DNA from: Takakia lepidozioides
Lineage: Eukaryota > Plantae > Bryophyta
Direction: 5' to 3'
NCBI GenBank assembly: GCA_030704615.1
Contig: CM060733.1
Location: forward strand, 24,552,001-24,616,000
DNA length: 64,000 nt
Both the position numbers and the translations under genes were made by a program. The notes under the pieces were generated by a model that saw nothing but the letters and a program-made list of their open reading frames with translations, was not told where the DNA came from and made no database searches. Below, piece after piece: positions 26,730-37,625 of this stretch. Positions within the stretch are counted from its first letter, which is position 1. Each line of letters opens with the position of its first letter.

Positions 26730-27230
26730 CTGGTATTATACTGCACTGTTTGCATTCATCCAATCAACATGCTAATTGACAATATTTTGTCTTGCACATT
26801 ATTTCACATAACCAGCCTCTAAATTCACTAATGAAATATGTTAACACTTCATGTCTCTCTCTCTTCTTGCATTTTATTGAATGTGAATGCGCATAATGCA
26901 TCTCCCTAGGGGTTTTGAATGCACAATGTGGAGCTTCCCCACAACCCAAAAGAAAAATTCACCCTACATCGTCATCAAACCTAGAAACCAATATAGCAAA
27001 ATACCAACCCTGGATCAGTTGATGAGCTTACCATAAATCAATTAAAGTGGGCAATTAATGATTGAGGAACTTCTCGACAAATTGAGTAGATTGTCATGTG
27101 CTCGTCAATGCCTCGTCCCTACATTGTCACCATTGTTGCTTGAAAGTGCAGTATGGACAAAGGCCTTTACATTTGGCTCAATCTTGACCAGCTAGAGCCC
27201 AACAATCCCTTGAGAGCCTTTTTTCTACTT

Positions 27231-27302
27231 TCATCCTTGCTAACCAGACTCCATCATAAGAACTTAGTTGGTTTGGAAGACTTTTGTAACAACCAAGATG
27301 TT
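27231..27302 (+). pseudogene. Isolated fragment of a receptor-like kinase (subdomain III-IV)
   Basis: LLTRLHHKNLVGLEDFC resembles the RLK/Pelle consensus LLSRLHH(K/R)NLV.L.GFC. No other kinase subdomains nearby. Confidence 0.6.
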
Positions 27303-27920
27303 AGAAACAAGTTTTCTTTTGGATCACCAACTCAATTTGTTAGATTGGATGTCAAACATCAATGCTTTGCGTTTACTCAAAAACTACGCTTAAACACGAT
27401 TTTGGCACAGAAATAGTATCACATCATTTTGTATTCAAAAAGACATATGATCTATGTCATAATAAAGTCGTAATAGAGCCAACGTAATTAGTGTCATTCT
27501 CATGCCATCGAAGTGAAGTAAATGACATGGATGAGTTGTCTAATGAAATCCATCCAATCATTGGATAATGTTCATATGACACCTTAATGTATCCTTGATA
27601 TACCCATAACATTCGGCTCTAAGCTGTCAGATCATGATTATCCATGAGTATAGGGCCTTGACATAAAAATATGAGCTACACAATAGTTAAATGGTACCTT
27701 TGCTTAAGTACACATATGAGCAATTATGAAAGGTATTAACCGATATAGGGTTGGAATATATCATCTTTTGTGGAAAATTCAGTTGTGGAAGAGATTCATT
27801 GATGTTTATTTTTATTTTTAAACCGCTTGGATCAATTATAAGTCATGTTGTATCAACTTTAATGATCATCGACTAATTTTGAATTCGGTTTTTATTATTG
27901 TGTTGGCATGTATGGTTTTA

Positions 27921-29525
27921 GTGGGAAAGATAGCACAACACCTCCCTCTACTGCGTTTGGGAAGCGCAAACATCTCATCATCCTTGATTTCAATGGAGTG
28001 TTATATGAGTCCATAACACAGACCAAAACCCTCCCTTCTAAACCAATCAGCGAGTCTGTCCATTATTGTGGCATGAAAGTGGTCACCTGTAGACCTGGGC
28101 ATTGGGATTTCCTTGATCGATGCTTCAAATTGTTCGATGTTGGTGTCTGGTCCTCTCAAGAGGATAGCAAATGTCAGACCTACCGTGAAGGCATTGTTTG
28201 GCGGGAAACAGCCCAAGTTTTAGCTAGACCAGATGTACTGTGATCTAGGTATAGGTGTGGTTGATCCTTTGAATCCCGAAAACTTGTTATGTATAAAAAG
28301 TTAGAGAAGTTTTGGGCAGATTTCAGAGACCATAATGCCACCAACACTCTCTTGGTAGATTCATCTTCATTGAACTGTGCCCATAACCCTTCTACCAACT
28401 GCATCTTCCTCTTCCATGGGAAAACTCCTCACAGCCAAATTGCAATAGACTATTGACAGAGCTTTTACCTTGGTTGGAGGGTGCATCGAAGGCAACCATT
28501 CGGGAGTATGTGATGAGTCATCCATACAGACATGGGCAGAGCCACTTTGGCTGAGAGACCCACCCTTGTCCACTCGTTCGTCAGCTGAAGCTGAAGCTTC
28601 AGCCAAAGTGCCTTCACATCGTCAGCCTCGTGATGTAACAACAAAGAGTGGTCGTAGAAAGGTGAGTGTGTATGACAATGATGTTTTAAATGATTCAGAC
28701 AATGTGTGTCATTCGGCTAGGAATTAACTGGTTGTTGTTTGTTGTTTATGTCAGTACATGCTGTGAAACCCCCGAAATGACATGTGAAGGACAGTACTAT
28801 GTGTGCTCCTCATCCAACTAGCAACAACAACGATATATCCCTCACACAAGATGACTGGGAGGTAAGTAACACTATGTATGGACTTATATTGTTGAAGTCT
28901 AATGCAAGTATAGAAGCGTCTATTTGAAGAGGGAAAATGTGTGGTAGTCTATATTCATGTATTCTGATTTTGTAATGTGATTGGCTGCGCAGTTCAGCAT
29001 TGGGGATAAGGTGATCATATATGATCCCAGTGCACCCAAAAAGAAGGCCGGAGTGGGGTATAATATTGCTGGCCACCCCACTGAAATAATACCGCCCGAG
29101 ATTATAAAATTTATAGACTAAAACAGCTTCAAGGAAGGCACCATTACATAATTTCCTCTTACCCACAAAGATGACAGAGTGACATAAATGTTCAAGTGCA
29201 AGGTATCTCACCTTAGACTTTCCACGGAGGTAGGCAAATACATGTGAGTCATTATATATCATGAGCTTAAATCAAAGGAAAAATATGCCAAAATGACAAT
29301 TCCTTTTATGCCAAGTGTAGCGTGCGAGATTAGGGAATTAGACATGCAATTGCAGGCTCCAAAGAAGGATACTAGCAAATGTGATGTTGCTCCATGTCCT
29401 CCACTAATATGACCCATTTGTCTGTCGCCATATGTATGTCATTGCATTTTCTAAAAAAATGCAGAGTGACAAGAAGTTTGTTTGTATTGTAGAGGATCCT
29501 TCCGGTTTTTTGCGAACCATGCATG
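27921..29525 (+). pseudogene. Decayed multi-exon gene with a plant-type FCP1-like/NIF HAD phosphatase domain
   Basis: RKHLIILDFNGVL...RPGHWDFLDRCFKLFDVGVWSS, then after frameshifts KKLEKFW...NATNTLLVDSS..CAHNP.TNCIF. Downstream AG/GT-bounded segments near 28755-28861, 28993-29230, 29356-29430 and 29493-29525 mostly carry stops or frameshifts. Confidence 0.7.
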
Positions 29526-29599
29526 GTAAGTTTGTAATGAATCAATAGAAGTGTGAAAACAAATTAAATTGTTGGTTGACATAGCAGCAATATGCATTA

Positions 29600-30741
29600 C
29601 CCAGAGTTTTTTCCAGTTGATCTCTATCGCTCTGCTTTGAAGCTTATCCTCCAACAACCTCATCTTCCAAATCACCCAACGTCATCATTCATTATGCCAG
29701 CAACCTCTTATCTGACAGCAAGCTGATTCTCTTGTAAGCTCATCCTCCTGTGATTGTAGTCATGAAGGCAATGGCGGCACCGCTGCCCCTGAGTTGGTAG
29801 CTGCACAATGATACCGAGCTGCTTCCCCCGCAAGCTATCCCAAGCAGTAATCACAAAAGTAAATGGATACTCAGAAAGAATCTTGTCAACATTGATTTTT
29901 CTCACTTATGGCAGTATGATCATTCATTAGATGTCATTTCTCAGTGTCTTTCAGAAAGCAGGGTGCGAGGGCGGGCTTTTAAGTGCTCGATTGACACATT
30001 TTTGTCTCAAAGGAAAGTTTGCCACTGTTAGTCAAAGACTTAATGTACGGTTGAAGATTAGTAGAGACTTATTAAGATGTCGGTCCAAGTTAATATACAC
30101 AGCATGCCTCATCTAGGCCTTATCTCAACGTTTCATTTCAAATGAAGTTTTGAATGCACAAAAGCCAAGAGAGATTTGCCCAAGTACAGTGAAGTACCCA
30201 AAATTCTACACACTCTTCTTTTATATACAAAATAAACGCGTTGAGGGTGGAGACTGAGAGCATCTATGTGGGCCTCACTCTTACGGATACAAGTCTTGAG
30301 AAGTACATTTCCACACTTTTCATGATGTCACAGAATCAGAGGCAATACCGAAGCACTTCACGTAAAGACTCATCAATTCTTCATTACCTTGACTGAGCTT
30401 AAAGAATAAGCAATGGTTACCGCGTTACTGATGTGGCAGGTCTGATAACTAATGTCCACAGAAACCTTCTCAATATCATGAGCTTCCGCAAGAAATCTAT
30501 ATCGAGATGAATGATCGTGTCTTCAAATGTTAGCCGGCTACCAAGTGTCTCAACAAACATTTCAGCAACATGCGACCACAACCATACGGATCTCTCGTTA
30601 GGTCGGAGCTTGTCCTTGCCACATTCCTCATATATGCACTTTAGTGAGTTCTTTCATGAGGTTAATGTCCTGACCTGCCTCTCAAGTCTGTCCAACCTGG
30701 AGAGTTCATTCTCCAAAACTTCATGTTCAAGCAAAACAGCC
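29600..30741 (-). pseudogene. C-terminal half of a long decayed intronless ORF of unknown family, interrupted by the LTR element
   Basis: AVLLEHEVLENELSRLDRLERQVRTLTS*KNSLKCIYEECGKDKLRPNERSVWLWSHVAEMFVETLGSRLTFEDTIIHLDIDFL... continues the frame from 37626 once the element and one TSD are removed. Confidence 0.5.
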
Positions 30742-31463
30742 TGTCGCGGCCCTTTGCCTTGAGGGCAGGGGGTCGGGACACATGAGGGGCTGCCCCTGTG
30801 GTGGGGGCAGCGGCGGCGATAGGTATGGGGGGCTGAAGCACCCTTGAGTGCCCAAGGCACTCAAGGAGGCGGAGGCGCTCACTAGGTGGAGCCCCGCACA
30901 CCGGGTTGCGGTGGAGGTGGCTCCACAAGGGGTGGTGGTAGCTTAGTGGGACTTAGTGGGGGTGGCATAGGACTCACCATGGGGTGGAGACCTCGAGGTG
31001 GGAGTCGTGGGGAGTCTTGGGACTCATCACGGTCCATTGGGGCCGCGGTGAGTGGGCCAAGACTCACCGCGACTCACCACCGGGAGTCGAGGGTTTTCGT
31101 GGTGGTTCGCCATAAAATGGCATGGCTGGTTATGAAACCCCCGCGGACAGCTACAGAAGTATATATAGGGAGTAGTAACCCGAGAACGGTGCAAGCCCGT
31201 TGGTGACCAAAAACTAGTGAGTAATCGTGCGAGCCGGAAAGCGACCAAAGAGTGGGGAGCTGTTCCGGACTGCCATCTACCAAAGGGAATTCTCCTAGTC
31301 CCAAATAGGTGGAGGGTTTAGAGGAAGCGAACGGGGACCGTTATGTCCCGGTGAGTAGCCGAAACTCCAAGTTGGCCCGGCGGCCAGGTTGGGAGTCAGG
31401 CGCGCGCATCAAAGCGGTTAACTATGACTTGAAGGGGAGTTTACCGAAGTGAGGTGCGCGACA
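30742..31463 (+). repeat. 5' LTR (722 bp)
   Basis: tgtcgcg...cgcgaca inverted ends; TATATATA at 31160-31167; direct repeat of 36990-37620. Confidence 0.97.
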
Positions 31464-31465
31464 TT

Positions 31466-31477
31466 TGGTATCAGAGC
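31466..31477 (+). other. Primer binding site for initiator tRNA-Met
   Basis: TGGTATCAGAGC, 2 nt downstream of the 5' LTR. Confidence 0.95.
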
Positions 31478-31518
31478 TTAGAGTTCAGTACGCGATCGTC
31501 CTTGGGATCGGCCTCATC

Positions 31519-34500
31519 ATGGGGTCGGGCAAGCCGAAGCGAAAGCGGAACGGCCCAAAAGATGATGATCCCGGTGAGCCCGATGGGGGCGACGTGTCAC
31601 CGAGGCGGCCGTTTGAGGAAGCGATGAATGTTTCCGAAAACGAGGCCGCTCAAGAGCGGGAGGAATCCGAGGAGTCGGAGCCCGAGGAATCCTCGAGAGC
31701 TCCGACAAACCAAGAGATGCCTCCCATGCCAGCAGCCTTTTGGGAAGGGTTGTTGGCGCAGTTTGGCGGGCGTTGAAAGACGTGTTGAAGACGGCTAATG
31801 CCACTTCCACTAAGGCAAAGTTTAAGGTGAAGCCTAAGGAACCCGGCACCTTTGAGGGCGTTCGAAACCGGAAGGCACTCAACACCTGGCTCCTGGAGCT
31901 AGAGCAGTACTTCCGGGCGGCCAAGTTGAGTGACGAGGATCGGGTGGAAGTGGCTCCCACCTATTTGAGGGGCTATGCTCAACAATGGTGGCAGAAACGC
32001 CTTCACGACCGAGGCCCAAGCCCGGAAACCTTGAACTGGAGTGAGTTCAAGGAATTGATGAAGAGACAGTTTGTGCCCCTCAACGCATCCTGGCTTGCCC
32101 GGGACAAGATGAGGAATTTGAAGCAAACAGATGACATTCGGGGGTATGTCCAGGCTTTCAATGTGCTGTTGCTCGAAGTCGCGGACATGGCAGAACCAGA
32201 AATGGTCTTCAACTTTGTGGCGGGACTGGCCCCATGGGCTAGGCGGAAGTTGGAGGAGAAGCCACCCAAGACTTTGAACGAGGCAATTGAGAGAGCTGAA
32301 TGTTTCTCGGATGTCCCTAGGGTGAGAGACAAGGCCGTACGGAGCTGAACCACAAGAAGACCCGGCGGGAAGGTGACTCCTCCCGACCGGAAAAGAAGTG
32401 GGATAGGCCACGCGGCGAAAATGGCACGTGGAAATCGAAGGGAGGGCCTTCACACGTCAAGGCGGCACCCGGTGCTTCGAAAGGAAAAGCGGGTGGAGCG
32501 GCTTATGGCGGACAGAAGGCGACCTTTGATGGAGTGTGTTTCAATTGCGGGGAGCCCGGGCACATGGCCAAGAAGTGCACGAAGCCCCGGCAATTGAACA
32601 TGACTCGGGCGACCACGGAGCTGTCGGAAGATACCATCAGTCGTTTGGTGGAAGCGGTAGTCGCCAGGACTTGCAAGGTAGGCAACTATTCTTGTGAGTT
32701 GTATCAGGAAACTGGCGCCCTGCGTAAAGGGAGTCAGTTATTGTTCGTGGATGGGATAATATCCGGAACTAACGTGTCGTTGTTGGTGGACACAGGAGCG
32801 TCGCACTCCTTCATGACGCCGGCGGCGGCGCGAAAGTTGGGACTCCCGACAAGTGACGTGGGGGCCTCTATTGAGGTGCGCTCTGCCAAAGGAGAACCTC
32901 AGTTGGCGACAAGGTTGGCGTTTGATGTTCCTCTTCAACTGGGGAGTTGGGAGGGACGTGAGAACTTCACTATCTGCGAGATCGATGGAGTGGATCTCAT
33001 TTTGGGGATGACCTTTTTGAGCAAATCCGGAGCGGTCATAGATGGCCGCAAGAGAGTAGTCACGCTGCCATGTGGGAATGGTGGTGAAGTTTTACGAGTG
33101 TCGGAAACGCCCAAATCCGTGGGAGGGCGAATAAACCTTCTGTCAGCAAAGGAGTGGGCCGTGGAGGAGGCACACGAGTCCCAGTTTTTGCTTTACATTA
33201 GAGAAGTGAAAGGAGAAGGCGATGGGGAGCCGAGCCCAGATTGGATCAAAGGGATTTTGGAGAAATACCAGGATGTGATGCCGGAGGATTTACCAAGCGG
33301 CTTGCCACCGCGAAGAGGAGTTGACCACAAGATTGAGGTGATACCGGGATCGGAACCGCCTGCCAAGGCGCCCTACCGGTTGAGCCACAGAGAGTTGGTC
33401 GAGCTGAAGACTCAGCTCAAGGATCTAATGTCAAAGGGGTACATCCGGCCGAGTAAGTCACCTTACGGAGCCCCGGTGCTATTCGCAGACAAGAAGGATG
33501 GGACGCTGCGGATGTGTGTCGATTACAGGGCTTTGAATAAGGTGACTATCAAAAACCGGTACCCTTTGCCAAGGATCGACGACCTCTTCGATCGGTTGGC
33601 AGGAGCGAAGTATTTCAGCCGGATCGACTTGCGTTCCGGCTATCACCAAATTCGGGTGGCGAAGGAGATGAGGAGAAGACCGCGTGCAGGACAAGGTATG
33701 GTTCATATGAGTTCTTGGTGATGCCTTTTGGGCTCACCAATGCACCAGCGACATTTAGCACGCTGATGAACAGCCTTTTCCAGGAGTGGTTGGATGACTT
33801 TGTGATCGTGTACATCGACGACATCTTGGTGTACTCGAAAACAAAGGAGGAGCACCTGGAGCACCTCAAAAGGGTGTTCCAAAAATTGCGGGACGGGAAG
33901 CTGTATGCCAAAGCTTCAAAGTGCGAATTCGGGGTCACAAAAGTGGAGTTCCTGGGGCATGTGATTACACAGGATGGGATCAAAATGGATGACAGAAAGG
34001 TGAGGGCGATCTTGGACTGGGAGCCTCCGACTTCGGTCCCGGGAGTGCGATCCTTCCTAGGACTCGCCTCCTATTACCGGAAGTATGTGAGAAATTTCGC
34101 CAAGATCGCGGGGCCGCTGTCGGACCTTCTGTGTAAATCCAAAGTCTGGGTATGGAACACATTTTGTGGCCAAGCTTTTGCTGAATTGAAGCAGCGGATG
34201 ACGGAAGCTCCAGTCTTGAAAATCCCGGAGTTCGATCGTCCGTTTGAGATTCATACAGATGCATCGGACTTCGCGATTGGGGGTGTACTTATGCAAGATG
34301 GACGACCAGTGGCTTACGAAAGTAAGAAACTGAATGAAGTGGAGCGACGGTGGCCGACGCACGAAAAGAGATGAAGGCGGTGGTGCATTGCCTTGAACTC
34401 TGGCGCCACTATGTTGGTTCCAACCCAGTGAAGGTGTTCACGGACAATGTCACGGTGAAGTATTTTGCCACGCAGCCCAAGTTGTCCCCAAAACAACTTA

Positions 34501-36083
34501 GGTGGCAAGATACTTTGGCAGTGTTCGACGTGGATATCCAGTACAAACCGGGACGGGACAATGTGGTGGCCGATGCTTTAAGTAGAAAGCAGCAGCTCTT
34601 GTTGGTGTACAAGGGCGAGACGGCGCTCCAAAGGAAGATCCGGAAGGCTTGCCGGAAGGATGAGCTGGCAAAGCGCGTGATGCAGGACTTGAGAATGGGG
34701 GTTAAATCGCAGTTCCACTTGCAAAAAGGACTGCTCCGGTATAAGCAAAAACGTCTCTATGTGCCAAGGGAGGGATCAGAGATCAGAGATAGCCTCTTGA
34801 GAGAATGCCATGATAGCCCGCTTGCGGGCCACGGCGGAGCCAAGCGCACTGCGGCACTCTTGAAGAAAGAGTATTTCTGGCCCAAACTGAGGGAGGAGGC
34901 AGAGGAGTATGTCAAGACATGCACCACATGCCAACAAAACCGGAGCGAGTACAAAAAGCAAGCGGGGCTGTTACAACCCTTGCCGATTCCAGAGGGGACT
35001 TGGGAAAGCGTCTCGATGGATTTCATGACTGCTATGCCGCTGTCAAAAGGATTCGATGCAATCATGGTGGTGGTAGATAGGTTCAGTAAAATGGCCCATT
35101 TCATCCCCACCAAGGAGACGGCAACGGCGCAGGAGACAGGGCGACTTTACTTCGCCCACGTCTTAAAGCATCATGGAGTCCCGAAGGATATTGTCTCGGA
35201 CCGCGACCCAAAGTTTACGAGTAAATTTTGGAGAGCACTTTGGAAGAAGATGGGGACGAGGCTGAAGATGAGCACCGCCTTCCGACCTACGACGGACGGC
35301 CAAACGGAAAGAGTGAATTCCGTAGTGAAGCAATTCTTGCGGAATTACGTGTCGGCAGACCAATCAGACTGGATGGAACACTTAGACGCGGCAGAGTTCT
35401 GTTATAATAACACAGAACACTCCGCGACGGGAGTTTCCCCTTTTGTGTTGGTCTATGGAAAAGCACCTCTGGTGCCGACAAGTTGGGCCGCCCAGGACGT
35501 TGAGGAACCGGCAGTAGCGGCGGTGCTGGAAGAACGCGAGCGTTTGTTGAAGCTCGCAAAGTACAACATTGCCAAAGCTAGGAAACGGTATGAAAGGCAG
35601 GCGAATCGGAAGCGGAGGGAAGTGAAGTTTGAGGCAGGCACAGAGGTCTGGTTGAACATCAAGAATTTTCGACTACCTCCGGAAGTGAGTCCGAAGTTCG
35701 TACCTCCGTATGCGGGTCCCTTTCGCATTCGGAGGGTTATGAATGAGGATGTGTATGAATTGGAGCTGCCGGCAAACAGCAAGGTGCACCCAGTATTCCA
35801 TGTCTCCCTTTTGAAGCCTTACTTCAAAGATGAAGCACGTCCGAATCGGCAGCAAGTGTTGCGTCCGCCACCTATGCTGTTGGATCATGAAAATGAACCG
35901 AGTACGAGGTGGAGGCAATACTTAAGTCGAGGAGGTTCAAGAACCGAGAAACGGAGTATCTCGTCAAATGGAAGGGCTATCATCTTGTGGAGGCATCTTG
36001 GGTGCGTGCCTCAGAAATGGGAAACGCATCCGAGGCGAGTTGCAGCGTTCGAAGGGCGACCTCAAAAGCGGAAGAAACGTTGA
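31519..36083 (+). pseudogene. gag-pol polyprotein with about 7 frameshifts as assembled
   Basis: Gag (PKEPGTFEG..WL..LEQYF), zinc knuckle [14 protein letters not shown], protease [42 protein letters not shown], RNase [13 protein letters not shown], integrase H..GH..CTTC and SMDF/SDRD/DGQTE, GPF motif, chromodomain VEAILKSR..EYLVKWKGY...ASW. Confidence 0.95.
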
Positions 36084-36989
36084 TGGGGACATCAACCTTG
36101 GAGCGTGGGGGAGGAAATGCATACTTAGCCCGGTTTAGCTAGCTCAGGAATCCGATTGCAAAAACTTGTATTGTACAAAAATTTGTTATAAAGGAAATGG
36201 GTTCCAAATATTGTGCGTCCTATTGTGTTTGGAATGGTGATGCATGGTGTGGTTGACTAGTGTGTAGAATGCATGCTAGCTTACAAAAGTAGGAGAGGTA
36301 AATTGAGTTAATCGTGTGTTTGCGCAGTGCCGAAATCGGGTGACTCCCATCCAAGGGGCAAGGAAACTTGCGCCTTATTTGGGAGTTCAAGTGCTAGTGC
36401 GCACCTGGCGCGTGCGCGTACTATAACTGCGCTACCGAGGGGGTTGCCTTGTAGTGCGGGCTAACGCGGAAGCTACGTGCTTCCGTTCACGTACTATAAT
36501 CGTGTAGCCTCGGGACGAAGTCGTAGTGCGGCTTCGGCGTGTTCCTGTACCTCAGGCCAGCATTCCAAGGCGGACCCAATTGTAGTGATTGGGGCGCACG
36601 GTTGGTTCAAGGTTATCTTCCTAGTCAAAGAGGGTTCCAGGTGAACCCTTGCTCAAGGTGATGCCAAAAGCGGCATCATGAGCGATCGCAAGCAATGTTG
36701 TTGCAGTAAGGCGATTCGATCCTCGGGGAGGATCGTTCCTTGGCCTTGAAGTAGGCCAAGAAGAGTGCACTGGGAGGAGCTGGAGAGGCTCCACCCTTGG
36801 CCGGGACTTGGAGGAAGTCGGCCGAACTAGCTAGTGGAGAGTGGAGTCAAGTGTGGGGTTTGGTTCTTTGCCATGGGACGCCATGGTACGGAAACAAACT
36901 CCTTGATGTGGGACGCCACAACTTGGATGTTCGTTTCTACAAAATGGACAAGTCGATGAGGACATCGACTCCCTGTTGGTAGGGGTGTG

Positions 36990-37620
36990 TGTCGCGGCCC
37001 TTTGCCTTGAGGGCAGGGGGTCGGGACACATGAGGGGCTGCCCCTGTGGTGGGGGGCAGCGGCGGCGATAGGTATCACTAGGTGGAGGACACCGGGTTAG
37101 CGTGGGAGGTGGGGGTGGCTAGGACTTACTACCATGGGGTGGAGACCTCGAGGTGGGAGTCGTGGGGAGTCTTGGGACTCATCACGGTCCATTGGGGCCG
37201 CGGTGAGTGGGCCAAGACTCACCGCGACTCACCACCGGGAGTCGAGGGTTTTCGTGGTGGTTCGCCATAAAATGGCATGGCTGGTTATGAAACCCCCGCG
37301 GACAGCTACAGAAGTATATATAGGGAGTAGTAACCCCGAGAACGGTGCAAGCCCGTTGGTGACCAAAAACTAGTGAGTAAGCGTGCGAGCCGGAAAGCGA
37401 CCAAAGAGTGGGGAGCTGTTCCGGACTGCCATCTACCAAAGGGAATTCTCCTAGTCCCAAATAGGTGGAGGGTTTTAGAGGAAGCGAACGGGGACCGTTA
37501 TGTCCCGGTGAGTAGCCGAAACTCCAAGTTGGCCCGGCGGCCAGGTTGGGAGTCAGGCGCGCGCATCAAAGCGGTTAACTATGACTTGAAGGGGAGTTTA
37601 CCGAAGTGAGGTGCGCGACA
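36990..37620 (+). repeat. 3' LTR (631 bp)
   Basis: Near-identical to the 5' LTR except for ~90 bp missing in U3. Preceded by G-rich ggtaggggtgtg (PPT-like). Confidence 0.97.
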
Positions 37621-37625
37621 CAGCC

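Larger units (their letters stand above)
30742..37620 (+). mobile_element. Full-length Ty3/gypsy chromovirus LTR retrotransposon (6.9 kb)
   Basis: TG..CA LTRs at 30742-31463 and 36990-37620; perfect 5-bp TSD CAGCC (30737-30741, 37621-37625); PBS TGGTATCAGAGC; domain order gag-PR-RT-RH-IN-chromodomain. Confidence 0.98.

Noticed and set aside
31185-31201. Twister-ribozyme-like GGTGCAAGCCC in the LTR
   Set aside because: One nucleotide short of the GGUNNNAAGCCC core, and no P1/P2 or pseudoknot partners were identified.
31740-36142. Programmed ribosomal frameshifting to explain the split pol ORFs
   Set aside because: Breaks fall inside RT, RNase H and the chromodomain and are too many. Mutation or assembly error is more plausible.
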